Below the pieces are notes generated by a model. That model was given only the letters and a program-made list of their open reading frames with translations, had not been told where the DNA came from and did not search any database. This document shows, in pieces, positions 1 through 12,417 of a DNA stretch of 64,000 nt. Origin of the DNA: Takakia lepidozioides (Eukaryota; Plantae; Bryophyta); the NCBI GenBank assembly GCA_030704615.1, contig CM060732.1, positions 65,596,001 through 65,660,000 of the forward strand. Reading direction: 5' to 3'. Numbering within the stretch: the first letter of the stretch is position 1; each line of letters begins with the position of its first letter. The position numbers were made by a program, and so were the translations under genes.

Positions 1-253
1 GTCGTCATTTTTAGGTGTCGGTTGTAAGGGAACCTCGTTTTACATCCATCCGTCCGTCTGGCCGTCGGAGGTTTTCTTTTGTCCTTTTGGATCGAAGTGG
101 AAGAAGAGTTTGAGACTTGTGCGCATGTGTTGTTGTGTAGGCCTTGTTTCTGGAAGGATCTGAAGGAGCGAGGAAGACTGTTAGGGTTTCAGATTTCCAA
201 GGAGTTTTTCACGTGCAGCTTGTGCAGGATCGGTGTTTTAGGGGGCTTTGGCT

Positions 254-2897
254 ATGGGGTGGTTGACGCTGGCAGTGCTGACACTTCTTGGATTCTTTCA
301 TAACTCCGCCTCATCTCTTGTCGTTGCTTCCACCGAGGGCAACAAAGAGGTGGGTCGTATGGAGATCTTCAGAGACATTGTGAGTTGGAGCAGATTTGCA
401 GATGGCGGGTTTGAAATTAAACTCATGGATTTATCTGGATCAGGTGACACATGGGAGCGTAATAAAATTGTTGCACGAGCGCACCAAGTTTCGTCTGCAT
501 TCACACGAAGTGCCTTATGGATCGGGCAGCGGACAGCAATCTGTTACTGGCTTCCCAGGTGTTGAAGACGCCAACAGTTACTGGGTGAGTGTTCGCTTTA
601 CCTACTGGTTTGTTCTTATGGAATGTAGACTGCATTCCGAAGAATGTTGCCGAAGCTTTACTATGGACTTATACTCTGTTGGTGGGTGCTTTGAATGTGG
701 GAGCTATGCAAGCCTTGCTCTCTGGTATCTTAGCATGGTTCTGTTGTGCTCAAAGATGGTACAGATTGTACGGGGTCCCGCTGAAAGTGAAGCCAAGCAA
801 GGTGATGAGATCCCAAACAATTCTATCGTACGGTTCCAGCATGTTCGCACTCGCAAGTGGCTCCACAGTCACCTTCATCAGTCCCCAATTTCTGGCAATC
901 TTGAGGTATACATTCCATATCACTGTGCCACACTGTTCTCTTTGCAGTTGCTCACAAAATGACTTCTAGTTTCAGATGTGAAGTATAGATCACATCAATA
1001 CTCGGTCTTTGCCACCGAAACTACATCGAACAGGTCTCTGGTTTCTGTTCCCAGCCTGAAGTCAACCAATTTCCTCAAATGGGAAGGCAGCTACATAATC
1101 AATCAGACAGAGGCATTGACCTGTAATCAGAATATAAGGGCTCAAAATGCACCATTTTCACGACCAATCTGCAGGCAGATGACAGGGCCAACCTACAGAA
1201 GGGCACCTAGCATTCCTTTTTATGGGCTGTCTTCTCAAGTCTACAGAGTCATTTCTTCCTAGTAAGGTGTCCTTTCACATGAAGTCTACACTTTTAGGAT
1301 ATGCGCATGTCGAAATCATCATCAGTTTCATTAACCTGTCAATGTGTGGAAACTGGGTTGCAATATGGAAAGTGAGTAGTTTTTAATTTTTGTAAGGAGA
1401 CACCGAGTTTGATTCTGAATGCAGGTGAGTGCCTTTGGAGGAGACGATCAAACTGATACAGGCGATAACTGGAGGTATCTCCTTTTCGACATGTGCTCCT
1501 CCGTTTTACAAGTGCCACATTGTCACTCCTGGATTGGATATTATGTTTTTTAGCAAGCTGGCAAGTCCTGGTTTCTTATCAACATTTAGTCACCTTGTAT
1601 TTGCATTGTTGTTGTCCATTGTGAGTGTGATGGAGATTACTGGTCCTGAGTTTCCTGTCCTGGTAGTGAACACTCCCAGGCGGTTATCTCACAGGCAACA
1701 TGCGGTACGTATGTCATTCTCAATGTTCACAGGAACAGTGAATGAATTTATCTTTACCATTAGTTTGATGTGCTCTGTTTTATTGTTTAAGCAAGCATTC
1801 CACCTTCCTGTGGACATCACTGCCAGGGATTGAGGAAACCGTTTTGTGCACGTCCATTTGTATGTCTTCTGTTATATCTGAGTGTATCTGCTGATACCCC
1901 TTGTTGTTTCTGCTAGGGAGGATTGATCTCATATTGTAGTGTAGAGCAGTTGTTGAGGGGAACCGCTGAAGACAGGGGGTGGTGTGGCAGGCTGGAGGTA
2001 GAGGGAAAGGGCAATGTGTGGCTAAGAAACCAAAAGGTGCGGCTGCGGCATGTGGACACGAATGGTTACCTCCATAGCCATGACAAGAAATACAGCCGTA
2101 TTGTCGCCGGTCAGCAAGAGGTGAGCTTTGGTCAGTAACTGGACAGGTCTTTTGTACAGAAACATGCGTGCCAAAATTTTATGTGTCATGATACTCTGTC
2201 ACACTATTGCAGAATTGGTAGTCTGGAATAAATCGTATCTTAGTCTTCAGGTCATTGGAGTCTTTGCATCTGCTCTCAATCTTTGCTTCTTAGCCGGTCA
2301 ATCACCTAGGTGCAGGTATGGCTGAAATTTAATACATGATGGGCAGCTTAGACTCATATTTAGGTGCTTTCGCATTTCAACCAGATGTTGCAGATAGGCC
2401 ACTGGTTTAGACACTGTTGGCTTTCTAGCAGTTGGACCCAGTGGAAGTATGCTTACCCAGTCCACCCAGCATGGTGGCAGACACTATCTTGCGAAACTGA
2501 GTACCCCGGGACATCAGTTTTTTGGGGACAAATAATATCTTTTCTATTGTACTGTAAGTGGCCATGTTGAGGTTTGCACCTCCAAAGAGTAGGCAATATT
2601 CCAAATGGATCAAGGTAGCTCCTCAAGGTTAATGTTTCTCTATTCCGGCTTGGACTCATCTCGCAATTGTCAAATATAGTCTCTTTTATGTTAGGACAGT
2701 CTCACTACCTGCAACAAAATGTTTGTGGAAGGAACTTCCTCAGATTACAATTTATTAGTTGTGTCCAGCCCAGGCTGTTTAAAGAGCTTGGGTGGTGGGT
2801 GGCAATTGTGTAGGTGTGCGGTGTGATGAAAAAGACAGCTGACAACATCTGGTCTGCTGCTGAAGGAGTCTATTTTCCTGCAAATAGTGATGTTTGA
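254..2897 (+). CDS. SDF2: Stromal cell-derived factor 2-like ER protein (signal peptide + three MIR domains), 6 exons: 254-349, 444-584, 765-905, 1425-1474, 1991-2120, 2814-2897 (213 aa)
   Basis: All introns are GT-AG and splice into one open frame: MGWLTLAVLTLL... / VTHGSVIKLLHERTKFRLHSHEVPYGSGSGQQSVTGF / ...RKWLHSHLHQSPISGNLE / VSAFGGDDQTDTGDNWR / ...YLHSHDKKYSRIVAGQQE / VCGV...WSAAEGVYF..*. Three LHSH MIR motifs are typical of SDF2. Confidence 0.95.
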
Positions 2898-3427
2898 TAC
2901 CAATCTACACGGGATGGCCATCATTTGCTCGATGGTTATTCCTCATATTTAGGACGTTGCCACATCCCTGGTGTTGATGCGTTGAAGAGAACCTGGTTGG
3001 TTGACTACCTTGATTCAGTCTGTGGCCCAAGGGCTTGAATTGAGGGGAAACTCGTTGTCTTCTTGGCAGTAGGACTAACATCCACACACTCAGTTTGCAG
3101 GGGAGTGTTATCTTGGTAAAACTTTTCTTTTAATCAACTTAAGCAGAAGTATTTAAGGTGTACATCAGGCTTGGATGATTACATTCAGCTGTTTGGTTCT
3201 GTGTGCTTTGGTACTAACTATTCATCGAAGTGGAGACACTCTAATGCTGAGAGAGGAGATGGCTGCGATCACCCTTTGCACAATCTTTTATAATTTTCCA
3301 TTTATCTTGCTTCAGTCGTCATCACACTTGAAGACCGCGTCACCACGCGCCCAGAAAGAAGTGGAGTGTATTCCCGCGGATTGGCACCCTTTACCACGGA
3401 AACAAGCTGGACGACATAATAAAAGGC

Positions 3428-3790
3428 ATTGAATAAAGGATGGATGAATGTACAGTTGGATGATAAACAGATGGATGAGTGTGAAAAATGAATGTAGATG
3501 GATGAATGAGGGATGGATAAGAGTCAAATGGATGAATGTATAATGGATGTTGAGCAATGACAAACATTCATGACAAGAAGATGCATGACTAAAACTTTAG
3601 ACGAATGCACAACGTATATGACATGAGTGTGGAAGGTTTGTAGGATGGATTAAAGAGTACAGAGGATGAATGCACAATGGATGTTGAACAAAGGAAAACA
3701 TTCATGAATGGAGCACGCATGAATACACTGTAGATGAAAGCACAATGGATATGACAAGAGTGAGGGAGGTTTGTGAGATGGATTCATACA
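3428..3790. repeat. GGATGAAT-rich degenerate repeat with an internal ~135-bp duplication, probably the subterminal/3' region of the MULE-like element
   Basis: Many ggatgaatg units; 3528-3650 resembles 3663-3785. Confidence 0.55.
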
Positions 3791-3913
3791 TATTACAATT
3801 TAAATGGTAGTTGATTCTTTGATTATTTTTCTTTCCAAAAGAACAACTACGGTGGAGGAAGGGGATTCAACGTTTTCCAAAGAGGATGAAACAGAATAGT
3901 AAAAGAACATAGT

Positions 3914-6900
3914 TCAGTCTGACTCAGAGTCAGTACAATGTATCCCCACTTCCTCTGCATCTAAGTCTAAGTATTTAAGAACTCCGGATCTACGCTGGCT
4001 ACACCTACGGCCGGGCAGTAAAAATTCAGGGGATAGGGACTCGGCCGCGTGAAGTGCCATTGCTTCGGCATAACCAGGAAGCAGAAAATTGGAAAGGGGG
4101 CTGTCAGAACAGACTCGCCACAAATGACTGTATCTCCTGAAGATCCACTGCTGCCTTTCCTGAAAGATAGCCTGAAAAAGTTATTACTGTAACTTTGATG
4201 TTATTGAGAAATTGAGTATGACTCCCAAAGTGGGTTTAGCACTTACTCACATGAAAAGTCGTTGTCAACCTGCTTATCTTCGGGATCGTCATCATTTCGA
4301 ATTTGAATCCGACCAGTCTGTGTGCCTGAAGTGGAGCCAGACAAAAGGGGGAGGAGCACTGTGTTGTAGAGGTCAGAATCACCCTCCATGCCAAAAAGGC
4401 TTCTTCCGCCTGCCTTGCATGCATGGTAAGTTGCTCCTGCATCAGACAGGAGGACATGAACAGTTTGGTAGGGGGGTTTAAGCAAATGGAACTGGTGAAA
4501 GAAAATCAATTCGGAAGGGAGAGAACGAACCTGTGGACACAAAAAGATCGACCACCTGTGCAGAGTGGTGGCTGCATGACTCCAACAGTATTTGCATGAA
4601 CGCTGGGGATTTTTCCTTTGCACCTCTCCAGGGAGTGCAATCTGGTCTCTTCAGGGTCTGACTGGACTGCATGAAGTTGTACAAAATGTTATCGACATGC
4701 GGCTCATAGGGGGGGTTGACGAAACAACCCTGGTCAGAAATCTCAAAGCTGTGGATGGAGGATGGTGTCTTGGAGGTGTGAATCCTCCGCAGGCAGATTG
4801 CCTCGAACATCCTCATCTGCCAAAGATAGCAGGTTAGTGTGGTAAACACAATCTATAGTGGAAGTGTGTACATCGGCTATTCAGAACTCAGGCACAAAAC
4901 AATCATTTTTATCACGAATCGGTGATGATCGGTGTCGATCATGACAGATTCTACTAGAGTGGAGCTGCAGAGAACATTGAAACTCATCACGAAAGCACAA
5001 GCAGAAGGGAGACGGCATACCAGCTGACCAGGGAAACCCCCTTTCACAAGGTAGAGGTTGTTCACACAATTCCATGTGCGCAAAACTTCAAACCCTGAAG
5101 ACTTGAGGTATGATGCCAATGCCCGACGACTATCATTGTCACATGACTGAAAAAGCAGAAGTGTCCCTGCATCAGAGAGGAAATTATTACAGAACCCGAA
5201 CACCCAACTCCAGTAGTTGTCCTCGAATTTATTCCAGCCTGGCGTCTTGCCCTTTGAAAGAACTTCTGGCACAGCCTAGCCATCCGGGATGTCGAGAATG
5301 ACAATGTCAGCCACATATGTTTTCTGCACACTGTACACGAAGGTGGGACATGTGCTCACTTGCAACAGACATGTTTTTTATAAAAACGATGGCAAGAATG
5401 TTTTCAAAGAACCAGACCGAAATACTGCCAATGAAACTTTCAGAGAAAAAGGAAAGAAACTGGAATTCTCACCAGATTGAGGAATGAGATTATGTTGTCC
5501 CAGGTAGGCGAAGGCACCCCACTGTATCCTCTCTTTCGACTCTGCATCATCGACAGCCAACCCTCATTGACAATTTTAATCTCTCCTGCCGAATCAGAAT
5601 GGGAAGGGTGTGGCTTGGCATCAAACATGCACTGAACTGTGCGGGTATATCTTCCAGCAGTGAAGTCCTGCCCACTCTCCATCTCTTTTTCTTTCTCCTT
5701 CCCCTTGTCCTTTTCCTTCTCTTTAGACTTGTCTTTGTCTTTTGGCTTTGCTGGTGAGATGGCTATGACATCAAGAGCCTTGTCTTTTGGTTTGCGGCCC
5801 GCCTTCTTTCCCTTCTGCGGCGTTCCCTGAGCATCAGGCTCCTTGGCAGCCAATGTTGCTATGTTTCTTTGGTACTCTTCGTCAGTCAGAGGCGCCAGCA
5901 TCTCAGCATTATTGTTCAAATATTTCATATGCTGTTCTTGAAAGGTCGTGTGCTCCGGTGGGCAGTCAAGGTACCAACCACAGTCTCTGAAGTGAGAAGG
6001 ACTCCAGTCCTTCAATATCCCTGCAGTATACATGGTTGGATCGTTTGCAGGGTCCGACCACATGTCAAGATAGTCTGGAATACCGCTCAGATGATTTTCG
6101 TCCATGAGCACATATTTCGTGTACCTAATAAACAGTAGATAAATCCCAACCCACCAAAGCGCGAAGTGAGTAAGATGCAAGTAGCACAGAATGAAAAAAA
6201 CATAGAATGAAATGGCTCTGAGAACTGATCCAAGGACCTTTCAGGACCACACGTCTGCTCCGGATGTGAATGTCGTCAACACCATTCAAAACATTCCATT
6301 CAATGATACTGTAAATACACCCTAATCCACGTGAATGCAAACTCTCGCTTTGGAATGACACAAACATAGAAGTGAATGTCGTCAACGACATTCACTTTGG
6401 ATTTGTGAATACACTGCTAATCAAGCCTAATGATTTCTCAAAAGAGGCAAAATCATTGGATGGAAATCATAAACTCGACTAAGGAACCCTCCCCAAACAT
6501 TCATAACGAACATAACACTGAGGACCTCATAATAACAGTGGATGTGAATGGCGTCAACGCCATTCACAAAATTGCCAACAAGGAACCAATTAATTAGCTC
6601 CCAATCCATATAAATTCAAATTGTCGCTGGTGAATGACACAGACATAGAAGTGAATGTCGTCAACGGCGCGCTTTTCGAGCTGCAAATTGTATATTTGTC
6701 AGTATTGCAAATAAGATACTCATCACATAATTGAAGAAAAAAAAACGGCTTATTTGAATACACACCTGACTCCAAAATGTAGCCTTGTGGAGCCAGTTAT
6801 CAGACACCAAATCACTGATTCCTTCCACCTTTGTGCCAGGCTGTATGGTGCTCTTTGGGAACTGATTCAAGTCCTTTAATGTCTGATCTGAGTTCCATAT

Positions 6901-7022
6901 CTCCAGCCACCTTATTTTTATTTGTGGGTCGACCATGGATATGGCCAACGGGTGCAATTTCTCCTGCTGCATCTCCGGATGCACATGCTTGTCATAGTGA
7001 GATTTGATCTGCTGAACGGACT
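3914..7022 (-). pseudogene. Multi-exon gene ending in a beta-class N6-adenine/N4-cytosine DNA methyltransferase-like domain followed by an acidic tail
   Basis: Exon ~5323-5021: ADIVILDIPDG*AVPE...FLSDAGTLLLF (motif IV-like DIPD at 5293-5282; in-frame TAG at 5278-5276). Then ...PWRGAKEKSPAFMQILLESCSHHSAQVVDLFVSTG | intron 4530-4437 | ATYHACKAGGRSLFGMEGD (motif X/I/II-like). Upstream exons 7022-6766 and ~6124-5490 include a Lys/Glu-rich linker. Confidence 0.75.
6255..6670. repeat. ~280-bp degenerate direct duplication within an intron of the MTase-like gene
   Basis: ggatgtgaatg(t/g)cgtcaac(a/g)ccattca at ~6262 and ~6540; gaatgacaca(a/g)acatagaagtgaatgtcgtcaacg at ~6353 and ~6632. Confidence 0.65.
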
Positions 7023-7334
7023 CTGCGCAACACAGGTCAAACATGTTTGACCACGAATATTGGCATGGCAGATATGACTACCAGTCACGATCATGGCTAC
7101 ACTGGAATGACGTGTGCATATTGCAAGACAGACATATGACTTCATGACTCTCACTCTAATGCATTATGCCAGATCATCACATGGATGAATCACTACATGA
7201 CTACACGTGTCGACACATGCTTTTCTGGTTATATATATAATATATGAGTATTTATATCTTAAAAAAACGGAGACTCTTACCACTAGAATGAATTAAAAAA
7301 AACCCAAAAAAAACAAAGATTTAAAAAAAATCAC

Positions 7335-7545
7335 ATCGGCTGGTAAGTGCACAGTGTGTCGCCCTTGTGGTTTGGGGTTCAAACCCGCTGCCCTTATCTC
7401 GTGTGTGGGATTGTTCGAGACGGTATGTCTTGACGTTGATCGTCCTGTAGGTCTTATGGCCCATAAATGAAGGCAGGTGAATTTTTCCCCTCCTCAAGGG
7501 CTTGTGGTTTCCTTTAAGAAAATAAAAAAAAGAAAAAGAAAATCA
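7335..7545 (+). mobile_element. Possible tRNA-derived SINE
   Basis: Pol III B-box-like GGTTCAAACCC at ~7376, an A-rich tail at ~7515-7545, and similar flanks aaaaaaaatca / aagaaaatca. Confidence 0.35.
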
Positions 7546-7567
7546 AAAAGGGGCTTTTAGGGTTTAC

Positions 7568-10500
7568 AAAAAGGTTAAAAAACTTTAAAAGTTGCCCATC
7601 ACGGTAGCGTGAACAGACTTAGAGCGAGCGGGAGGGAGAGAGAGAGAGGGTTGGGACTTAGAGCGAGCGAGCGGGAGAGAGGGCAAACATGCATGGGAGG
7701 CCCGCAGTTGGATCAACCTTCGCATCTGGAGCAAGCAACCCTAGAAACGCTAGGGTATGTGTGCGAGGAGGTTTCGGTTGGGAGCCCGCCGTTCTTGGGA
7801 GAGTCAGCTTCGTCTTAGCAGGCCGTGTTTCAATCTCTACCCGCTCGGCCCTGATTTTACAGCACGGAGCAGAGCTGGCATGAGTTTCTAAAAGATCCTT
7901 CACGATGGTGGGACAACCGCAATCGCAAGGTGTGGCTTTTTCTTAATGTACGATGTGAAGAAGTTTGTCCATCCTGCAAATGTGGGTTGTTGGCTCCTGT
8001 TAGTACCATGATTTGGTATTCTTCCTGATGTTTACAAGGTTCTTGGGAGAGTTAGCTTGGTCTTAGTAGGCCGTGTTTCAATCTCTGCCCACTCAGCTGC
8101 ACCGTGGTGGTTCTCACTGACCAATCCGACATTACCTAACTACAGACACAAGCAGCACACACTAGAGGTCATCTTGGGTTCATGTTCAGTCAAATCCTCC
8201 ATGGGTCATGACACAAGGTCGAGGACAATGTGGTGAGGGCACCTTCTTCTTCGACCTATTTCAGCCTATTTTGCCCTCTCATCAGACTCGGCCCTGAATT
8301 TGAATCATGGAGCAGAGCTGGCATGAGTTTTTTTAAGATCCTTCACAAGGGTGCGACCGCAATCGCAAGGTGTGGTTTTTTTTTAATGTACGATGTGCAG
8401 AATTTTGTCCATCCTGCAAATGTGGGTTGTCGGCTCCTGTTAGTACCATGATTTGATATTCTTCCTGATGTTTACAAGGTTCTTGGGAGAGTCAGCTTGG
8501 TCTTAGCAGACCGTGTTTCAAAGTCTGCCTGCTCAGCTGCACCGTGGTGCAGGTTCTCACTGACCAATCCGACATTACCTGACTACAGACACAAGCATCA
8601 CACACAAGGTCAAATCCTCCATGGGTCATGACACAAGGTCAAGGACAGTGTGGTGAGGGCACCTTCTTCTTCGACCTATTTCAGCATGTTTTGCCCTCTC
8701 ATCAGACGCCCTGAGATGCATATTGAATTTTGTAAGTTAGCTCATTGCTCGTTGATAAGTAGGGTTGGGGGTGTTTGCTGGAACAATTATAGGCTGTCAT
8801 TGTCAGCTGCTAGCAGAAAGGCAAGGATTTATGCATAGATAGCTGAAGGATTTTGTGCAGAGGCATAGATAGCTGAAGGAGCAGGGATAGAGTGTGGGCC
8901 CAAATTCGTCCAAGAGGGCCGGATTTTAAGCTCCATTATTTCAGTGTCATCCATTCAGCCAGGGATTTCCTGGTGACATTGCCAAGGCTTTACTCGCAAC
9001 ACGATGCTTGTAAAGCTTCCTTAGCTTGAATGCTGATTATGCTTGAATTATTAGGTTTGTAAAGCCAGTTTTGAAATTTTCATGGTAATCAGCTCTCTTG
9101 AAAATCTGTAGGTTGCAAGCCATTTACAGCGGGCCGTGGGTGGACTGGAAGACAGCCATTGAAAGTCCTGGTGCAAGTTAATACCAGTGGAGAGCAGAAT
9201 AAGCTTCATATGCCCTTTTGGTGCTAGTTATCTTCATGTATGGTACTGTTGAACACCAACAATCTTTTGGTGAGATTCTGTCTTGGTGCACATTCGGTAA
9301 TGTTTGTTCTGAAACCTGAAGGCGTGAAATGACTCAACACAACAAGAGCGTTACGCGTGTCACAGTACAAGCTGTAAGAAAGCAAGAGATACATAGTTAT
9401 ACAGTCAAACATACAACTATCAGTTTCTGTGGAATCTCTTGCCAATGGCTGGGAATAGCCAAGTCAGGAGGTGAATGCCTGTCAAATTACCACATGTCCT
9501 TTTGAACACTGCCCCTGCCCTGGTGGACATGTACGCCAATTGTGGGTGCATTGAGGATGCAAAGGGAGTGTTCAACACTGTGGCTGAACGAGATGTGGTG
9601 TCGTGGAGTGCGATGATTGCTGGGTATGCACAGCTGGGGTGCGGGATGGAGGCTCCAACCTTTGAGAAAATGATGGGGGAAGGGGTGAAGGCCGCCGACA
9701 TAACGTTTGTGTGCGTTTGCAGTGCGTCTGCAGCCCTGGAAAAGGGCAAAGAGATCCCTGGTGACATCATCAAATCTGCAATTGTACCAGATGTCATCCT
9801 GAACATGGCTCTGGTGGCCATGTATGCTAAATGTGGGAGCATTGAGGATGCCAAGGGAATGTTCAACACTATGGCTGAACTAGATGTGGTGTCATGGAAT
9901 GCGATGCTTGAAGGGTGTGCAGAGCAGGAGCGCGGGATGGGGCTTTGGACACCTGAAAGCAAATGATGGAGAAAAGGATGAAGGTACCTTCTTCACCATA
10001 TTTCACCCTGTTTTCCCTGCTAGTGTTTGCTTTGACAATTCTAGGCTGTCATTGTCAGCTGCTAGCAGCAAGGTGAGGATGTAAGCATGATTTGTGCAGA
10101 GGCATGGATAGCTGAAGGAGCAGGGATTTCGTGTGGGTCCAGATTCATCCAAGAAGGCCAGATTTCAAGCACAAGATTACCTGTGATTCCCTGTGGATCA
10201 ATAGCTACAAGAAACTTGCATGGGTAGATGGTCAACTGGGAGCAGCGGCACAAGTGATAAAATCAAGCATTGCTAATGAAGGCATCTTCTTCAACACATT
10301 TCACCCTGTTTTTCCCTCTTATCAGAATCGGCCCTAAATTTACATGTTCAATTCTACAAGTTAGCTGGTTGAGTGAATCTAGTTTGGAGTGAGTTTGACA
10401 TGATACTGCCAATGTGACAACAGGAAAGTGTCAAAAAATAGGTAACAGAGATGAGGAGAAGCTGTGGAATGAATACTTATCTGAGCCCAGTCACTGATGG

Positions 10501-10710
10501 GTCAACCGGGGCAGAAAGGTGAATGCCTGCTACATTTCAGAGAGTAGCAGACGCAATTCAGCATACGAACTAGTGTGCTACGCTGAGTTGGGTGTTTCCT
10601 AGAACAAATGTAGGCTGTCATTGTCAGCTGCTAGCAGCAAGGCAAGGATGAATGCTTGATTTGTGCAGAGGCATGGATAGCTGAAGGAATAGAGATAGAG
10701 TGTGGGTGAC
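7568..10710 (+). repeat. Mosaic of repeated modules of the local PPR-pseudogene family
   Basis: Module gttcttgggagagtcagcttggtcttagc... at ~7791, 8040, 8480 and ~51705. Module ctaggctgtcattgtcagctgctagcagcaagg at ~8790, 10041, 10611, 30275, 63921. There is a ~440-bp tandem duplication across ~7860-8715. Confidence 0.85.
9475..9966 (+). pseudogene. PLS-class PPR fragment (S-P-L-S-P motifs)
   Basis: ALVDMYANCGCIEDAKGVFNTVAERDVVSWSAMIAGYAQLG...ITFVCVCSASAALEKGKEI...MYAKCGSIEDA; no N-terminus or E/DYW domain. Confidence 0.9.
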
Positions 10711-11379
10711 GCAGGGTGCTGGGCAATGGGCAAGATGTCTTTGTATAAACGTGAGTGACCTTCCTATCATCCTGGGTTTCATTTTTAGTGCATGTTTCTT
10801 TGTGAAGTATCTGACGACTTCGCCAATACACACCAACCTTTTTGCTTTGGTTTGTTTAGGACATGGGATAGAAGTTACCATAAACAACACTGGCATTGGT
10901 TTTTCATATATGGTATTAGATAATTCTCTTAATTGTTTCCGCCTTGGCAGGTTGCTCAGTGACCTTCCCTGGACGCTTTGGAGTATAGTGAGTGAGTGTC
11001 TCACAATGCAATATTGGTTGGTGCATCTTATGCAAGAACTTGGAAAACAAACAAATGTCCTTGCTGTAGTAATTCTTAAAGCCATGCAAGCCGTTTTTGA
11101 TGGGTTGCAGATTGATGGAATACATGAGTAGTTAGAAGATTCTGGGTGAACACTTTTCAAAGTGTTATAGTTAGACAAAATAATTCACATGAGAACATGT
11201 GACTATTTAATGTATTTTTAGATCGCAACAAAAATGATAATGATAAATAGATTGGTAAATAGAGATGGTATGCAATCTCTTGGTTTTGCTCAGCTTGTTG
11301 CAGTTATGTCTTGCTGCCTTGTTCTCTTTGTATTATATATTATATTTCATTGTTGTAATAGACATGTACATGACTGCTA

Positions 11380-11790
11380 TCATAGTCATAATAATGACTA
11401 TATCTATTTTCACTCTCCAATAGTACTACACCACGTGGCAGAAATACAAATATGTAAAAAAACAGCAATACACCCCAAAAAACACCCATCATGACACATG
11501 TCAATCTGCTGATGGACCACGTGTAAAAACTGCAACGCGCCACGTGTTGCAACCGGATTAGCACACCCGTAGTCATAGTTCGCAGTCATGGAGAGCTAAA
11601 CACTCTGCCACGTGTCATTTCCTGCATCGAGCACGTGCCACTCTTGCACAACCGCTGACATGGACTACACTGTCCGTTCAGTCATTCAGTAAAGTCAGCG
11701 TGTATGACTACCCCCACAGCTGCTCTGGCGCCACGTGACAGCCAGCCTGGAGAGTCATATCTGCCATGTCACAACTGACTAGGTCTTTAC
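11380..11790. repeat. Cluster of CACGTG / ATGACT-AGTCAT motifs, related to 7060-7215 and 50420-50740
   Basis: Multiple gccacgtg and (c)atgacta/tagtcat units; cactacatga and ctacacgtgtc are shared by ~7191-7211 and ~50554/~50726. Confidence 0.6.
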
Positions 11791-12111
11791 GTCTGCAGAG
11801 TCAGGAAGCCGTAAATGGCTTCCATGACTGCATTTGCAGTCATAACACAGAGACGTAAAAGCCGCAATTTGTTGTAGTGTCCTGCTTAAGAAGGGAAGAA
11901 AGGCAATCAGACAGACTGTTTGATCTGAACAACGGTGATTGACGGTACCGTCTGTCACCCACTCATTGTGCGGTAAACCCTTAACAGAGGAGTAGAAGCA
12001 AATCACCGTTGTTTCGTGGTGATGGTCGGTAGCGACAATCCCTTTCTGGGACATTCAACTCAATCTCTACGCAGATCTTCAACAATGAAATGTAAGTTAG
12101 AGAAAACTTAC

Positions 12112-12417
12112 TGGCGCCTTCTTAGGTTTTGAAATTGGATCCCCTTCTGTAGCTTTCCTCTTCCCTCTCACATCTGCTGGAATTTATGTCTGCTCTAGGG
12201 TTTCTGGACCTTCTCCCGGTTCAGCGTTCCTCGTGCTTCCACCTCCTTCAGTTTCCCTGCGAGTCATCTCTGCATCCACAGGCTGGTTTCCAACGCGCAC
12301 TGTTATCGCCGACTGTGTCACAGCCGCTGCCTCAGTCTCGGTCTGCTCTTGTGAATCAGTCTCCGCGTTCACCTGCTGCCTTGGCCCTGTGTTCTCCAAC
12401 AAATGACGCCTCGTCAT
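12112..12417 (-). pseudogene. Probable first exon of a leftward gene divergent from the transposase (candidate 5' end of the MTase-domain gene)
   Basis: ATG at 12417, low-complexity MTRRHLLENTG...GKRKATEGDPISKPKKAP (NLS-like) with one in-frame stop, then a GTAAG donor at 12111. Confidence 0.4.

Noticed and set aside
79-1833. Single-exon ORFs overlapping SDF2
   Set aside because: Explained by exon-intron read-through or alternative frames of the spliced SDF2 gene.
3330-3360. TIR pairing with 17190-17214 for the first MULE
   Set aside because: Only a few bases match and no 9-bp TSD was found.
10624-11178. 184-aa (-) and 143-aa (+) ORFs
   Set aside because: AT-rich with no motif I can recognise, and they run into a repeat module; may be a TE remnant but cannot be assigned.
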